Shown piece by piece: positions 38,066 through 48,140 of a stretch of 64,000 nucleotides of DNA (position 1 is the stretch's first letter; each line of letters opens with the position of its first letter). Source of the stretch: Candidatus Thorarchaeota archaeon (GTDB lineage: Archaea > Asgardarchaeota > Thorarchaeia > Thorarchaeales > Thorarchaeaceae); the NCBI GenBank assembly GCA_016933575.1, contig JAFGAR010000028.1, positions 128,001 through 192,000 of the forward strand. The letters run 5' to 3'. The notes below the pieces were generated by a model, which saw only the letters and a program-made list of their open reading frames with translations, searched no databases and was not told the DNA's origin. Both the position numbers and the translations under genes were made by a program.

Positions 38066-39466
38066 ATGTGTGGTGTGTTAGGAATATTGGGCAATTATCC
38101 TCTTACAATGGCGAGAGGCTTACTTCTCTTGCTTGCCCATAGAGGACAGGATGCGTCAGGACTTCTTTGGGTAGTCGGTAATGAGGCAACTTCTAGTAAA
38201 TCAATAGGGAATCCGGATCGCATCTTTGTACCGGAAATTGCTTCAAGCCAAATCTTGGGTAGCACACGATACCCGACAACTGGGAAACGTGTTGCTTCTG
38301 AGGAGGACTTGGATACCTTTGTTGGTCCGTTCAATGTAGGAGACCTTTCACTAACACATAATGGAAACATCACAAACATGCATTCCATTAGCAACCTGAA
38401 GTTTGATTGCGATACTGAATTCATTGCAGTAAAATTAACGCAAAATCTCACTGAAAACAATGGTAACCTACCCAGTGCATTCTCAGCTCTGCAATCAGAG
38501 GTAGATGGAGCATTCAGTCTTGTGGGAGTTTACAGAGGGAAACTCTTTGCCTACCGAGATAGTCATGGTTTCAAACCACTTGTGTTCGGTCGTAGCAAAC
38601 AGAAGACAATAGTAGCATCAGAATCCACCGTTCTAGACATGGCAGGAGTTCCTCTTGAGAGAGATGTCTATCCCGGAGAGCTGTTAATATTTGGAGATGG
38701 CGGAACCATGGAATCATATTCCATCTCCCAGAGCCTGACACATTCGCACTGTTTCTTTGAATACGTATACTTCGCACATCCAGCTGCGACCTTAGAGAAC
38801 CAATTAGTATATGATGTAAGATTCCGACTTGGTAGAGTCTTGGCTCAGACTTTCCTTAAGATGAACCTAGAACGACCGGATTATGTAGTTCCGGTTCCAG
38901 ATACAAGTCGACCTGCGGCACAAGCCATGGCAGAAACACTCTCAGTTCCAATGAGAGAGATCATCTTGAAGAATCGATACTTGGGGCGAACTTTCATAGT
39001 GCGCTCTCAAGAGGAAAGAGATGCCATGGCTAGAAGCAAATATCTCTATTTGGATGATAAGATTCGAGGAAAGATCATTCTCGTTGTTGATGATAGTATT
39101 GTCCGAGGTACCACTGCAAAGATGATTGTTGCAGATCTAAAGAAACGCGGAGCAGCGAAGGTGTATTTTGCTGTCACATGTCCTCCGCAGACGCACCCCT
39201 GCTATTATGGGATTGATATCTCAACAGATACTGAACTTATTGCGTCAACAACAGAAATTGAAGCAATTGCAGAGTATATTGAAGCTGATGCACTCATCTA
39301 TCAAGAAGAGCATACTCTATCAAATGCTATTGGACTCAAGGACCTTTGTCTTGCATGCCTTAATGGAGAATATCCGACAGAACATGCGCGTAGGATTAGA
39401 GAAGAGTTGCAGGAACAAGGCGCATCATCTATTGAGCGCGATTATGAGAGGGATTTCTCAAAATGA
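38066..39466 (+). CDS. purF: Amidophosphoribosyltransferase
   Basis: N-terminal MCG nucleophile, HRGQD, HNGN, PRPP motif VDDSIVRGTT, Fe-S cysteines (CFFE, PCYYG, CLAC). Confidence 0.95.
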   Translation: MCGVLGILGNYPLTMARGLLLLLAHRGQDASGLLWVVGNEATSSKSIGNPDRIFVPEIASSQILGSTRYPTTGKRVASEEDLDTFVGPFNVGDLSLTHNGNITNMHSISNLKFDCDTEFIAVKLTQNLTENNGNLPSAFSALQSEVDGAFSLVGVYRGKLFAYRDSHGFKPLVFGRSKQKTIVASESTVLDMAGVPLERDVYPGELLIFGDGGTMESYSISQSLTHSHCFFEYVYFAHPAATLENQLVYDVRFRLGRVLAQTFLKMNLERPDYVVPVPDTSRPAAQAMAETLSVPMREIILKNRYLGRTFIVRSQEERDAMARSKYLYLDDKIRGKIILVVDDSIVRGTTAKMIVADLKKRGAAKVYFAVTCPPQTHPCYYGIDISTDTELIASTTEIEAIAEYIEADALIYQEEHTLSNAIGLKDLCLACLNGEYPTEHARRIREELQEQGASSIERDYERDFSK

Positions 39467-40416
39467 AGATTGGTACGCTTGCAAGTCATAGTGCTCTTAA
39501 CATTATCACTGGAGCAAAAGCTGAGGGTTTTGAAACTGCATTGTATTGCACTCCAGATAGAATACCTTTCTACAAATCGTTTGGCCTTGGTGATTCTATT
39601 ATTGAGTTAGAATCATTTGATGAGCTGCTTGAGCTGGATCTCTCAGATGTTATCATCATCCCTCATGGTTCATTTGTGGCATATATTGGAGCAGATAGAA
39701 TTCTCAAATCGGACCTCCAAATATTTGGCAACAAAGAACTGCTAAAATGGGAAGAGGATAGAAACTTAAAATCGCAGATGATGATTGAAGCAGGTTTGAA
39801 TGTTCCACGTGAGTATAAACACTTGGATGAGATAGATAGTCCAGTTATAGTGAAAACGCATGGAGCAGCAGGTGGAGAAGGTTATTTCATTGCTGCAAAT
39901 AAAAAGGAGATCGAAGAGAATCTAGACCCGAGCAAAAAATACTCTTTCCAAGAATATATCGTTGGTACAAAGATCTTTACAACTTATTTCAATTCGATTG
40001 CTCAAGATAGACTAGAGATCTTTGGAGCAGATATCAGATACGAAACAGATGCTGATGCAAACCTAAGGTTCGATGATAGACCATCCTTTATTGTGATTGG
40101 CAACCTCCCCGTTGTTCTTCGTGAGTCAACGCTTGCTCAATACTTTGACATGGGTGTGGGATTTGTCAATGCTTTCCAAAAACTAGTAGGACAGAAACTT
40201 GTGGGTCCATTCTGTATTGAAACCATTATTGATAGAAATCAGAAGATCTACTCTTTCGAGTTCAGTGGTCGTATCGTTGCTGGGACAAATGTCTGGATGC
40301 CAACATCACCATATTCCTTTACTCTCTTTGGAGAACAGATGTGGATGGGTAGAAGAATAGCTCTCGAAATAAAGCAATTGATGGCTTCGAGTATGTTAGA
40401 TGAGGTGTTGAGGTGA
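39463..40416 (+). CDS. purP: Formate-dependent AICAR transformylase (FAICAR synthetase)
   Basis: 'SHSAL', 'IPHGSF', 'GG.GYF', 'GN.PVVLRES', 'RIVAGTN'. Confidence 0.9.
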   Translation: MKIGTLASHSALNIITGAKAEGFETALYCTPDRIPFYKSFGLGDSIIELESFDELLELDLSDVIIIPHGSFVAYIGADRILKSDLQIFGNKELLKWEEDRNLKSQMMIEAGLNVPREYKHLDEIDSPVIVKTHGAAGGEGYFIAANKKEIEENLDPSKKYSFQEYIVGTKIFTTYFNSIAQDRLEIFGADIRYETDADANLRFDDRPSFIVIGNLPVVLRESTLAQYFDMGVGFVNAFQKLVGQKLVGPFCIETIIDRNQKIYSFEFSGRIVAGTNVWMPTSPYSFTLFGEQMWMGRRIALEIKQLMASSMLDEVLR

Positions 40417-40510
40417 TTTTGTTGAATCTTGATATTGAGCGCAAGACTTACAAACGGGGCAAGCTTGAAGACCATAAAGGGAGAACTTTGATTCTACTTT
40501 TGGAGGTTGG

Positions 40511-41587
40511 ATGATGAGGCTTCCAACTATTGGTATGCTGGGTTCTCATAGCGCAGAGGAGATAGGTGTTTCAGCAAAAGCCAATGGATTTCAGACAGTC
40601 GTGGTATGTCAAAAAGGACGTGACAAACTCTATACAAAGTACAACAAGCATCTGTTCGACGAAGTGATTCTCTTAGATAATTTCAGAGATATGATTGAAG
40701 AGGAAACTCAGGAAAGGCTTCGTGAACTGGATACACTATGGATTCCTAATCGCTCATTTTCAGTGTATGTTGGATATGAAAAAATTGAGAGAGACTTCAA
40801 AATACCAATGTACGGAAACAGGAATATGCTGAGAGTAGAGGAGAGAGGACTTGAGAGGGATCAATACTGGTTACTAAAAGAATCAGGAATAAGAATCCCC
40901 AAGGCGTTCCGTCCAGACACGATAGATAGATTGGCAATTATCAAAGTACAACAAAAAGGGTTACCTCTTGAAAGAGCATTTTTCTACGCCAACTCTCCTG
41001 CTGATTATGATAAGACAAGTAAGGCTATGATTAAGCAGGGACTGATTTCCGAGAGGGATTTAGAAGAAGCAACCATTGAGGAGTTTGTAATAGCTCCTAG
41101 ATTCAATGCTAACTTTCAAGCGTACGCAATGAATGATTATTTTGGAGACCTTGATCTCGTAGGTTTTGATGACAGAGTACAAACAAGTCTTGGAGGTCTC
41201 TTGAACTTGCCAGCTAGTGAACAGCTTAAACTGGATATCACAGTGATGAATGAAGAAGTTGGACATAAGGGAGTGACCATGCGAGAATCAAAGAAACCAC
41301 TGGTATACGACGCTGCTGAGAAATTATTGGCAGGTGTTGCAAAGAATTTCCCACCTCGAATGTTGGGACTTTTCTCACTGCAAGGGGCAATCACAGAAGA
41401 TTCAGAATTCGTTGTTTTTGATTTGAGCCCAAGAGTTCCTGGAGCCCCTTGCATAGGACCTACAAGCCCTGAGATGAGAAGATTGTCCTTGAAGTTTAGA
41501 AAGGACGTTCATTCACCATTGGACCTGTGCATGTTTGATATTATGAAAGCTGCCGAGGAGGAAAGGCTCTCTGAGGCATCAACGTAA
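40511..41587 (+). CDS. PurP-like ATP-grasp paralog (second, divergent group)
   Basis: 'GSHSA', 'IPNRSF', 'LERAFF', 'MRES', 'FDLSPRVPG'. Confidence 0.85.
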   Translation: MMRLPTIGMLGSHSAEEIGVSAKANGFQTVVVCQKGRDKLYTKYNKHLFDEVILLDNFRDMIEEETQERLRELDTLWIPNRSFSVYVGYEKIERDFKIPMYGNRNMLRVEERGLERDQYWLLKESGIRIPKAFRPDTIDRLAIIKVQQKGLPLERAFFYANSPADYDKTSKAMIKQGLISERDLEEATIEEFVIAPRFNANFQAYAMNDYFGDLDLVGFDDRVQTSLGGLLNLPASEQLKLDITVMNEEVGHKGVTMRESKKPLVYDAAEKLLAGVAKNFPPRMLGLFSLQGAITEDSEFVVFDLSPRVPGAPCIGPTSPEMRRLSLKFRKDVHSPLDLCMFDIMKAAEEERLSEAST

Positions 41588-42579
41588 TGGAGAAGTATGA
41601 GGGAGAAAAAACTATGAAACTAATTCATAAGGGAAAAGTAAAGCGAGTTCTCGAAGATCCCGAATCAAAAGACCGTGTAGTTATCGAATTTACTGATACA
41701 GTGACCGCTGGAGATGGAGCAAAGAAACAAGAGTTCACTGGAAAGGGGAAACTTGCTTGTGACTTCTCTGAATTCCTCTTTGGTTATCTTGAAGGTAAAG
41801 GAATTGATACGCATTTCATTAAGAGACTGAAAGGACCTCAACTAATGTGCACGAAGGTAGAAATATTTCCTATCGAATTCGTTTGCCGAAATCTAGTTGC
41901 AGGTTCTTTTAGCAGACGCTATGGAACAGAGAAAGGCACTGTGCTGGATTCCCCCCTAGTGGAATATTTTATGAAAAATGATGATTTGCATGACCCGCTC
42001 ATCACTGGAGAATCTATCATTCGATTAGGGCTTGTTTCTCAGAACGATTTGGAATTCATGACTAAAGTGACTCTATCTGTAAATTACTACCTCAGTGAAT
42101 TATTGAAACAGCAGAAACTCACTCTCGTAGATTTCAAACTTGAGTTTGGAAAGGCAGAAAATGGTGAGATAGTTCTTGCAGATGAGATTTCTCCTGATAC
42201 TATGAGGGTGTGGGATGCTACAGCGACATCGCTCGATAAAGATGTCTTTAGAGAGGATAAGGGTGACCTCATTGCAACATACGAAAAGTTACTCACCGCT
42301 GTGAAGACTGCAAGATCTGAGGATGTTGAAGCGAGATTGGAATCAGTCTACATCATTGTGGAACCAAAGCCGGCGATAAAGAATCCTCCAGGTGAAGTGA
42401 CTCGAAAAGCTCTCATTAGATTAGGCTTTGCTGAAGTCGAGGATGTACGAATGGGCAAGGTCTTCAATATCACCCTCAAGAAACCCTTGACCTCAGAGAT
42501 TCTAAAGCATCTAGAAGTGATGAATGTAAAACTTCTCTCGAATCCCATTTCTGAGAAACATAAGGTGAGGTTTGAGTAG
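41587..42579 (+). CDS. purC: SAICAR synthetase fused to C-terminal PurS domain
   Basis: PurC motifs 'GKVK', 'RNLVAGS', 'LVDFKLEFG', 'LADEISPDTMRVWD', then PurS 'PKPAIKNPPGE...LGF..V.DVRMGK...LLSNPISE'. Confidence 0.92.
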   Translation: MEKYEGEKTMKLIHKGKVKRVLEDPESKDRVVIEFTDTVTAGDGAKKQEFTGKGKLACDFSEFLFGYLEGKGIDTHFIKRLKGPQLMCTKVEIFPIEFVCRNLVAGSFSRRYGTEKGTVLDSPLVEYFMKNDDLHDPLITGESIIRLGLVSQNDLEFMTKVTLSVNYYLSELLKQQKLTLVDFKLEFGKAENGEIVLADEISPDTMRVWDATATSLDKDVFREDKGDLIATYEKLLTAVKTARSEDVEARLESVYIIVEPKPAIKNPPGEVTRKALIRLGFAEVEDVRMGKVFNITLKKPLTSEILKHLEVMNVKLLSNPISEKHKVRFE

Positions 42580-43274
42580 TGTCGATTGCAGTCCTCAGAT
42601 TTCCTGGAACAAATAACGAAAATGATGTTCTTAGGGCTCTATCACTTATTGAGGGAGCAAAACCATATCTTGTACCTTCTCGGAAGGGACTCGCGGGTCT
42701 AGAGGATGCTGATGGTGTCTTTATTCCCGGAGGATTCTCATATGGAGATTATCTTCGGGCAGGTGCAGTTGCATCAGTGGAAACAATTACTGAAGGAGTA
42801 AGAGATCTAGCTGAAGATGGACGTCCAATTATTGGCGTATGTAATGGTTTTCAAATACTTACTGAGATGGGATTGCTTCCAGGTGCCTTGCTTCCAAATA
42901 GGACTGCGCGTTTTGTATGTGGGTGGATCAATCTTAGGGTCTGTGAGAATCCAACGATATTTACAGAGGGATTGGAGAATGCAGTCCTTCGGCTGCCAAT
43001 CGCCCATGCAGAAGGGAATTATTATTGTACGAATGAAGATCTCACTTCTCTCAAGGATGAAGGACGCATACCGCTACGATACTGCAATGAGTTAGGAGAG
43101 ATCGATGAAGCTTCTAATCCAAATGGATCCATAGGAAATATTGCAGGTGTCATTAGTCAGAATGGCAATATACTGGGACTCATGCCTCATCCTGAACGAG
43201 CAAGTAGACAGATCCTCGGTTCGGTTGATGGTTTAGCAATATTAGAAAACTTTGTGAGGGCAACAAAATGCTGA
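42579..43274 (+). CDS. purQ: FGAM synthase glutaminase subunit
   Basis: 'FPGTN', 'PGGFSYGDYLRAG', 'GVCNGFQIL', 'MPHPER'. Confidence 0.96.
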   Translation: MSIAVLRFPGTNNENDVLRALSLIEGAKPYLVPSRKGLAGLEDADGVFIPGGFSYGDYLRAGAVASVETITEGVRDLAEDGRPIIGVCNGFQILTEMGLLPGALLPNRTARFVCGWINLRVCENPTIFTEGLENAVLRLPIAHAEGNYYCTNEDLTSLKDEGRIPLRYCNELGEIDEASNPNGSIGNIAGVISQNGNILGLMPHPERASRQILGSVDGLAILENFVRATKC

Positions 43275-45436
43275 ACAAATCAGAATTGGAATATGCAAAG
43301 TCAGTTCTTGGTAGAGAGCCCACGCAGACCGAACTTGGTATGCTTGATGTTCTATGGTCAGAACATTGCAGCTATAAGAGTAGTAAACGATGGTTTTACT
43401 TGTTTAAAACTGAAGGTGAAAAAGTTGCTCTTGGAATTGGCGAAGGCGCTGGACTCGTCGATATTGGTGACGGCTATCTCATAGGAGTTGCGATGGAGTC
43501 CCACAATCACCCAAGTCAGATTGACCCGTACAATGGAGCTGCTACAGGCGTAGGTGGCATAATTAGAGATGTCATCTCACAAGGCTGTAAAGCAGTAGGT
43601 CTAATGAATTGCCTACGGTTTGGACCCCCTTCAAAACCGCGTAATGCATACCTCTTGGAGAATGTTGTCCGAGGCATCTCTGAATATGGAAATAGTGTAG
43701 GTATTCCGGTGGTTGGAGGAGAACTAGAGTTCGATGATTCGTATGATGATAACTGCCTTGTGAATGTAGTTTGTGTCGGATGGATAAAACCAGAATATAT
43801 TGTACGTAGTAAAGCCAAGACCACTGGACATCACTTAGTTTTATTTGGTTCAACGACAGGGAGAGACGGTATCGCTGGAGTCAGTTTTGCCTCTGAGACC
43901 TTTTCTGATGATGAAGATGAGAATCGTGGTGCAGTTCAAATTGGGGATCCTTTATCAAAGAAAGTCTTGATAGACACACTTCAGGAACTCGTTGAAGAGA
44001 AACTACTAGAAGGCCTTCAAGACTTTGGTGGTGGTGGTATGACATCAGCAGCTGGGGAACTTGCATCAGCTGGTGGAACAGGAGTAGAGATTGATCTTGA
44101 TAAAGTTCCTTTAAGAGAGGCAGATATGGAACCATGGGAGATAGTGATTTCCGAGTCTCAGGAGCGCATGCTCGGTATTGTCGCACCGGAAAACCTTGAT
44201 CGAGTCATCCTACTTCTTGAGAAGAACGATACTCCGTATGGTATCATTGGAAAAGTGACAGATGATAAACACTACACTGCAAAGTGGAATGGTGAGATTA
44301 AGGCTCGATTACCAATAGACCTCCTTGTCGGAGGATTTCCAGTTCCAGAAAGAGTAGAAGGAAAGATAACTCCACAGACAGAATCTATGTCATGGTTCAA
44401 TGAACCTGAGGACTATAGGAGTATCTTACTTGAACTAATTGAATCGATCAATATCTGCGATAGATCATGGGTCTATAGTCAATATGACCAACATGTGCAA
44501 TCCAATACAGTTGTAGACCTTGGGGAGAACGGTGGTGTACTTGAGTTTCCTAATGGAAGACTACTTGCTTTTACTAGTGATTGCAACTCTTTTTGGTGTC
44601 TATTAGATCCTCAACAGGGAACAGCTAATTCAGCATGTGAATCACTCAGGAATCTTATATCTATGGGAGCAAGTCCAATCTTCATAGCGGATTGCCTAAA
44701 CTTTGGAAATCCAGAACGACCTGAATCATATTGTCAGTTTGTGGAATCTGTACGCGGTCTCGGTCGCTTCTCTCATGACTTCAATATTCCAATTGTAGGG
44801 GGGAATGTGTCACTCTATAACGAGTCCTCTGTGGATAATCAAGCGAAACGAATCAATCCAACACCTCAGATAATGATTGCTGGCATCTTTGAAAGGAACT
44901 TCACCCCGGTTAGACGAAATCTTTGTACACCTTGGGCAAATATTTTCCTCATCGGCGAAACGCTTCCAGAATTGAATGGCTCAGAATTCCAGAGAATCAC
45001 CATTGGTCAGGTAAAGGGAATTCCACCTAGGTATCGACCTGATGAAGAAAAGAGAGGAATGAATGTCATCTTGGAGGCTCATAAGAAAGGACTCATCAGA
45101 TCATGCAACAATGTAGGACGCGGTGGAATAGCCGCTGCACTCTTGAAGATGGCTCTCAATAGTCACTATGGATTCAAACTCAATTTAGATTATATTCCAG
45201 GCACTGTGAGTAGTGTTGCTCAACGGCTTTTCTCAGAAACCTCTGGAAGGTACTTGGCAGAAGTCACAGAGAGTAATCAGCCAGAATTCCTAACAATAGT
45301 AGAGAAATATGGTTCGACAGTATGTGAACTTGGTTTAACGATAGCAGATCCTATTGCAGATTTTGGAAGATTCAGTATACCAATGAAAGAAGTCAAGGAT
45401 GCATACTCAAGGGGTCTAAGAAAATACATGGAGTGA
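43268..45436 (+). CDS. purL: FGAM synthase large subunit
   Basis: 'WSEHCSYKS', 'ESHNHPS', 'GAATGVGG', 'SESQERM', 'LNFGNPE', 'GGNVSLYNE'. Confidence 0.96.
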   Translation: MLNKSELEYAKSVLGREPTQTELGMLDVLWSEHCSYKSSKRWFYLFKTEGEKVALGIGEGAGLVDIGDGYLIGVAMESHNHPSQIDPYNGAATGVGGIIRDVISQGCKAVGLMNCLRFGPPSKPRNAYLLENVVRGISEYGNSVGIPVVGGELEFDDSYDDNCLVNVVCVGWIKPEYIVRSKAKTTGHHLVLFGSTTGRDGIAGVSFASETFSDDEDENRGAVQIGDPLSKKVLIDTLQELVEEKLLEGLQDFGGGGMTSAAGELASAGGTGVEIDLDKVPLREADMEPWEIVISESQERMLGIVAPENLDRVILLLEKNDTPYGIIGKVTDDKHYTAKWNGEIKARLPIDLLVGGFPVPERVEGKITPQTESMSWFNEPEDYRSILLELIESINICDRSWVYSQYDQHVQSNTVVDLGENGGVLEFPNGRLLAFTSDCNSFWCLLDPQQGTANSACESLRNLISMGASPIFIADCLNFGNPERPESYCQFVESVRGLGRFSHDFNIPIVGGNVSLYNESSVDNQAKRINPTPQIMIAGIFERNFTPVRRNLCTPWANIFLIGETLPELNGSEFQRITIGQVKGIPPRYRPDEEKRGMNVILEAHKKGLIRSCNNVGRGGIAAALLKMALNSHYGFKLNLDYIPGTVSSVAQRLFSETSGRYLAEVTESNQPEFLTIVEKYGSTVCELGLTIADPIADFGRFSIPMKEVKDAYSRGLRKYME

Positions 45437-45442
45437 TGCTTA

Positions 45443-46876
45443 ATGGTTGATGTATTGATCATCGCTGGGAGTAAGAGTGATGAAAGAATCGTTGAGAAAG
45501 CGACTAATGTTCTCGATGAATTGGAGATTCAATATGAAGTGAAATATGCATCTGCCCATCGAGAACCAGAAAAAGTGAAGTCTATCGTAAAAAAGAGTGA
45601 GGCAAGAGTCATTATTGCCATCGCTGGTCTGTCGGCTGCATTACCTGGAGTGGTTGCTTCTCATACCTCGAGACCTGTTATTGGTGTGCCAGTAAACGTT
45701 ACCCTGGATGGATTGGATGCACTTCTTTCAATCATGCAGATGCCAAAAGGAGTTCCAGTGGCAACCGTTGGAATTGATAATGGACAGAATGCGGCATATC
45801 TTGCAGCACGGATTCTGGAAGTTAACACTAAAGAAACCACAAGAATACCAGCAACATATGCTGAAGCTGGTGTCGATGAGAGTCTAGTAGCAAAAGGACT
45901 TGAGGTTCTTGGTAAGTATGTAAGACAATCATTCAAGCATGGCGAGATTATGCAAGACTACGGTCATTATGCTAATACCGTCAAGATTTCAGAAGATCTC
46001 TGTCTTGCTCTCTCAACAGATGGTGTTGGGAGCAAGGTGCTTGTTGCTGAACTCTCTGAAAAGTATGATACAATAGGGGAAGACTGCGTTGCGATGAATG
46101 TCAATGATCTCATTTGTATCGGAGCGACTCCTGTTGGATTTGTTGATTATCTAGCATCCGAGAAACCACTTCCTACTGAAACAATTGAGGAAATAGCAAA
46201 GGGACTACTGAAGGCGTGTGATGAATCTGAAATTCCGATTCTTGGCGGAGAAACGGCCATTCTGCCAGATATGATAAGAGGTCAGAAAGGACCGGGTCTC
46301 GATCTAGCAGGAACTGCGGTTGGGATTGCCAAACCATCAGAATTATTCGATGGAAGTAGTATTCAATCCGGTGATGTCATACTAGGAATTTCATCAAATG
46401 GTATTCATTCTAATGGTTTCACTCTGGCGCGAAAAGTTCTGTTAGCAAAATACAAACTTCAAGACAAGTTGCCATGGGGAGTAACACTAGCAGAAGAACT
46501 ATTGAAACCAACTAGAATTTACGTACCTCATTTCAAAGCAATGAAGGAGGCAAGAATTGAAATCAAGGGTCTCGCACATATCACAGGCTCTGGATTCAAG
46601 AAGATATTGAGACTTGGTCAATTGAGATTCATCATTTCAGATTATCCAGACATTCCGCCGATTTTTGATTTGATAAAGAAAACAGGAAATATCTCATGGG
46701 AAGAGATGTTCACGACATTCAATATGGGGATAGGGCTGATTGTTGTTGTGCCAGAGAACCAGGAGGAGATGGCTAAGCGAGTTCTTTCGAATTTGGATGA
46801 AACATATCGACTAGGAATTGTCGAGGATTCTATGAAAGGCGAAGTTAGAATAGAACCATTTGGAGTGAAAATTTAG
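45443..46876 (+). CDS. purM: PurE (AIR carboxylase/N5-CAIR mutase) fused to PurM (AIR synthetase)
   Basis: Residues ~1-127 '[26 protein letters not shown]'; then '[45 protein letters not shown]'. Confidence 0.93.
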   Translation: MVDVLIIAGSKSDERIVEKATNVLDELEIQYEVKYASAHREPEKVKSIVKKSEARVIIAIAGLSAALPGVVASHTSRPVIGVPVNVTLDGLDALLSIMQMPKGVPVATVGIDNGQNAAYLAARILEVNTKETTRIPATYAEAGVDESLVAKGLEVLGKYVRQSFKHGEIMQDYGHYANTVKISEDLCLALSTDGVGSKVLVAELSEKYDTIGEDCVAMNVNDLICIGATPVGFVDYLASEKPLPTETIEEIAKGLLKACDESEIPILGGETAILPDMIRGQKGPGLDLAGTAVGIAKPSELFDGSSIQSGDVILGISSNGIHSNGFTLARKVLLAKYKLQDKLPWGVTLAEELLKPTRIYVPHFKAMKEARIEIKGLAHITGSGFKKILRLGQLRFIISDYPDIPPIFDLIKKTGNISWEEMFTTFNMGIGLIVVVPENQEEMAKRVLSNLDETYRLGIVEDSMKGEVRIEPFGVKI

Positions 46877-48129
46877 TGTCGAAGGTACTTCTTATAGGAA
46901 ACGGGGCTAGAGAACATGCAGTCGGAGTAGCCTTGATTCGTTCAGGAGTTGAGCTTCATACTCATATGGACAGATTGAATCCTGGTCTCGCAAAGATCTC
47001 TAAAGAGGTATCAATTGGTTCGACAACAGATATCAAAAAACTACCAAATCTATGGGGCTATGATTATGCTTTCATTGGTCCAGAAGCGCCCTTAGCCTCA
47101 GGGGTAACAGATTTCATCACCAATCGAGGCGTACCTTGTATAGGACCAAATCAAGCAGCTGCTATGATTGAAACTAGCAAGTCCTTTGCTCGGATTGTTA
47201 TCGACCAAGTGATTCCGCAAGCTAATCCACGATTCATGGTTGTAAGAAGTATCGATGACCTCAGGAAATTCGAGAAACAGATTGGCATTGAGAATATCGT
47301 TGTGAAACCTAATGGTCTCACGGGAGGAAAAGGTGTCAAGATCTTCGGAGAACATCTGAACTCTCGAGATGAACTAGAAAAATATGCTATCGACCTTCTC
47401 ACAAAGACAGGTGTAGTAGTCCTTGAAGAGAAGCTCAATGGAACTGAATTTACAGTACAAGCGTTTGCGGATGGTGGAACGCTTGAGTTCATGCCACTCG
47501 TTCGTGATTATAAACGAGCATTTGATGGCGACACAGGACCGAATACTGGTTCAATGGGATCATATTCAGCATCAGATCATGGACTGGAATATGTTTCCCA
47601 AGAAGACTTTGAGTTGGCTAAGACCATTATGAACGCAACAATGATTGGAATCAAAAAGAAAACAGGTTCTGAGTTCAAAGGTATTCTATATGGACAGTTC
47701 ATGAAAACTCAAGAAGGAGTGAAAGTAATCGAATATAATGCAAGATTTGGCGATCCAGAAGCAATGAATGTTATGTCGATACTATCAAGCTCTATGGATG
47801 AAGTCTGCCAAAGAATAATTGATGGAAATCTTGGCAAAGTCGATTTTGAAAAGAGTGCTACTGTCTGTGTGTATATTGTCCCTGAGGGTTATCCAGGTCC
47901 GGATGTAATCAAAGATAGCCCATTAACAATTGATGATAGCGTGCAAAGCAATCTGTATTATGCTTCTGTATACGAAAAAGATCAACAAATATTCACGACA
48001 GGGAGTAGAGCAATTGGAGTCCTAGCGAAAGGTGATACTGTGAAAGCTGCTAGGGAGATGGCATATCAAGATGTCAAGAGAATCAAAGGGCGAGTAAGAT
48101 ATCGATCTGATATTGCAGCTCATTTGTAA
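46876..48129 (+). CDS. purD: Phosphoribosylamine--glycine ligase
   Basis: 'GNGAREHA', 'IGPEAPL', 'GKGV', 'GPNTGSMG', 'EYNARFGDPE'. Confidence 0.96.
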   Translation: MSKVLLIGNGAREHAVGVALIRSGVELHTHMDRLNPGLAKISKEVSIGSTTDIKKLPNLWGYDYAFIGPEAPLASGVTDFITNRGVPCIGPNQAAAMIETSKSFARIVIDQVIPQANPRFMVVRSIDDLRKFEKQIGIENIVVKPNGLTGGKGVKIFGEHLNSRDELEKYAIDLLTKTGVVVLEEKLNGTEFTVQAFADGGTLEFMPLVRDYKRAFDGDTGPNTGSMGSYSASDHGLEYVSQEDFELAKTIMNATMIGIKKKTGSEFKGILYGQFMKTQEGVKVIEYNARFGDPEAMNVMSILSSSMDEVCQRIIDGNLGKVDFEKSATVCVYIVPEGYPGPDVIKDSPLTIDDSVQSNLYYASVYEKDQQIFTTGSRAIGVLAKGDTVKAAREMAYQDVKRIKGRVRYRSDIAAHL

Positions 48130-48140
48130 GGAGGGATATA

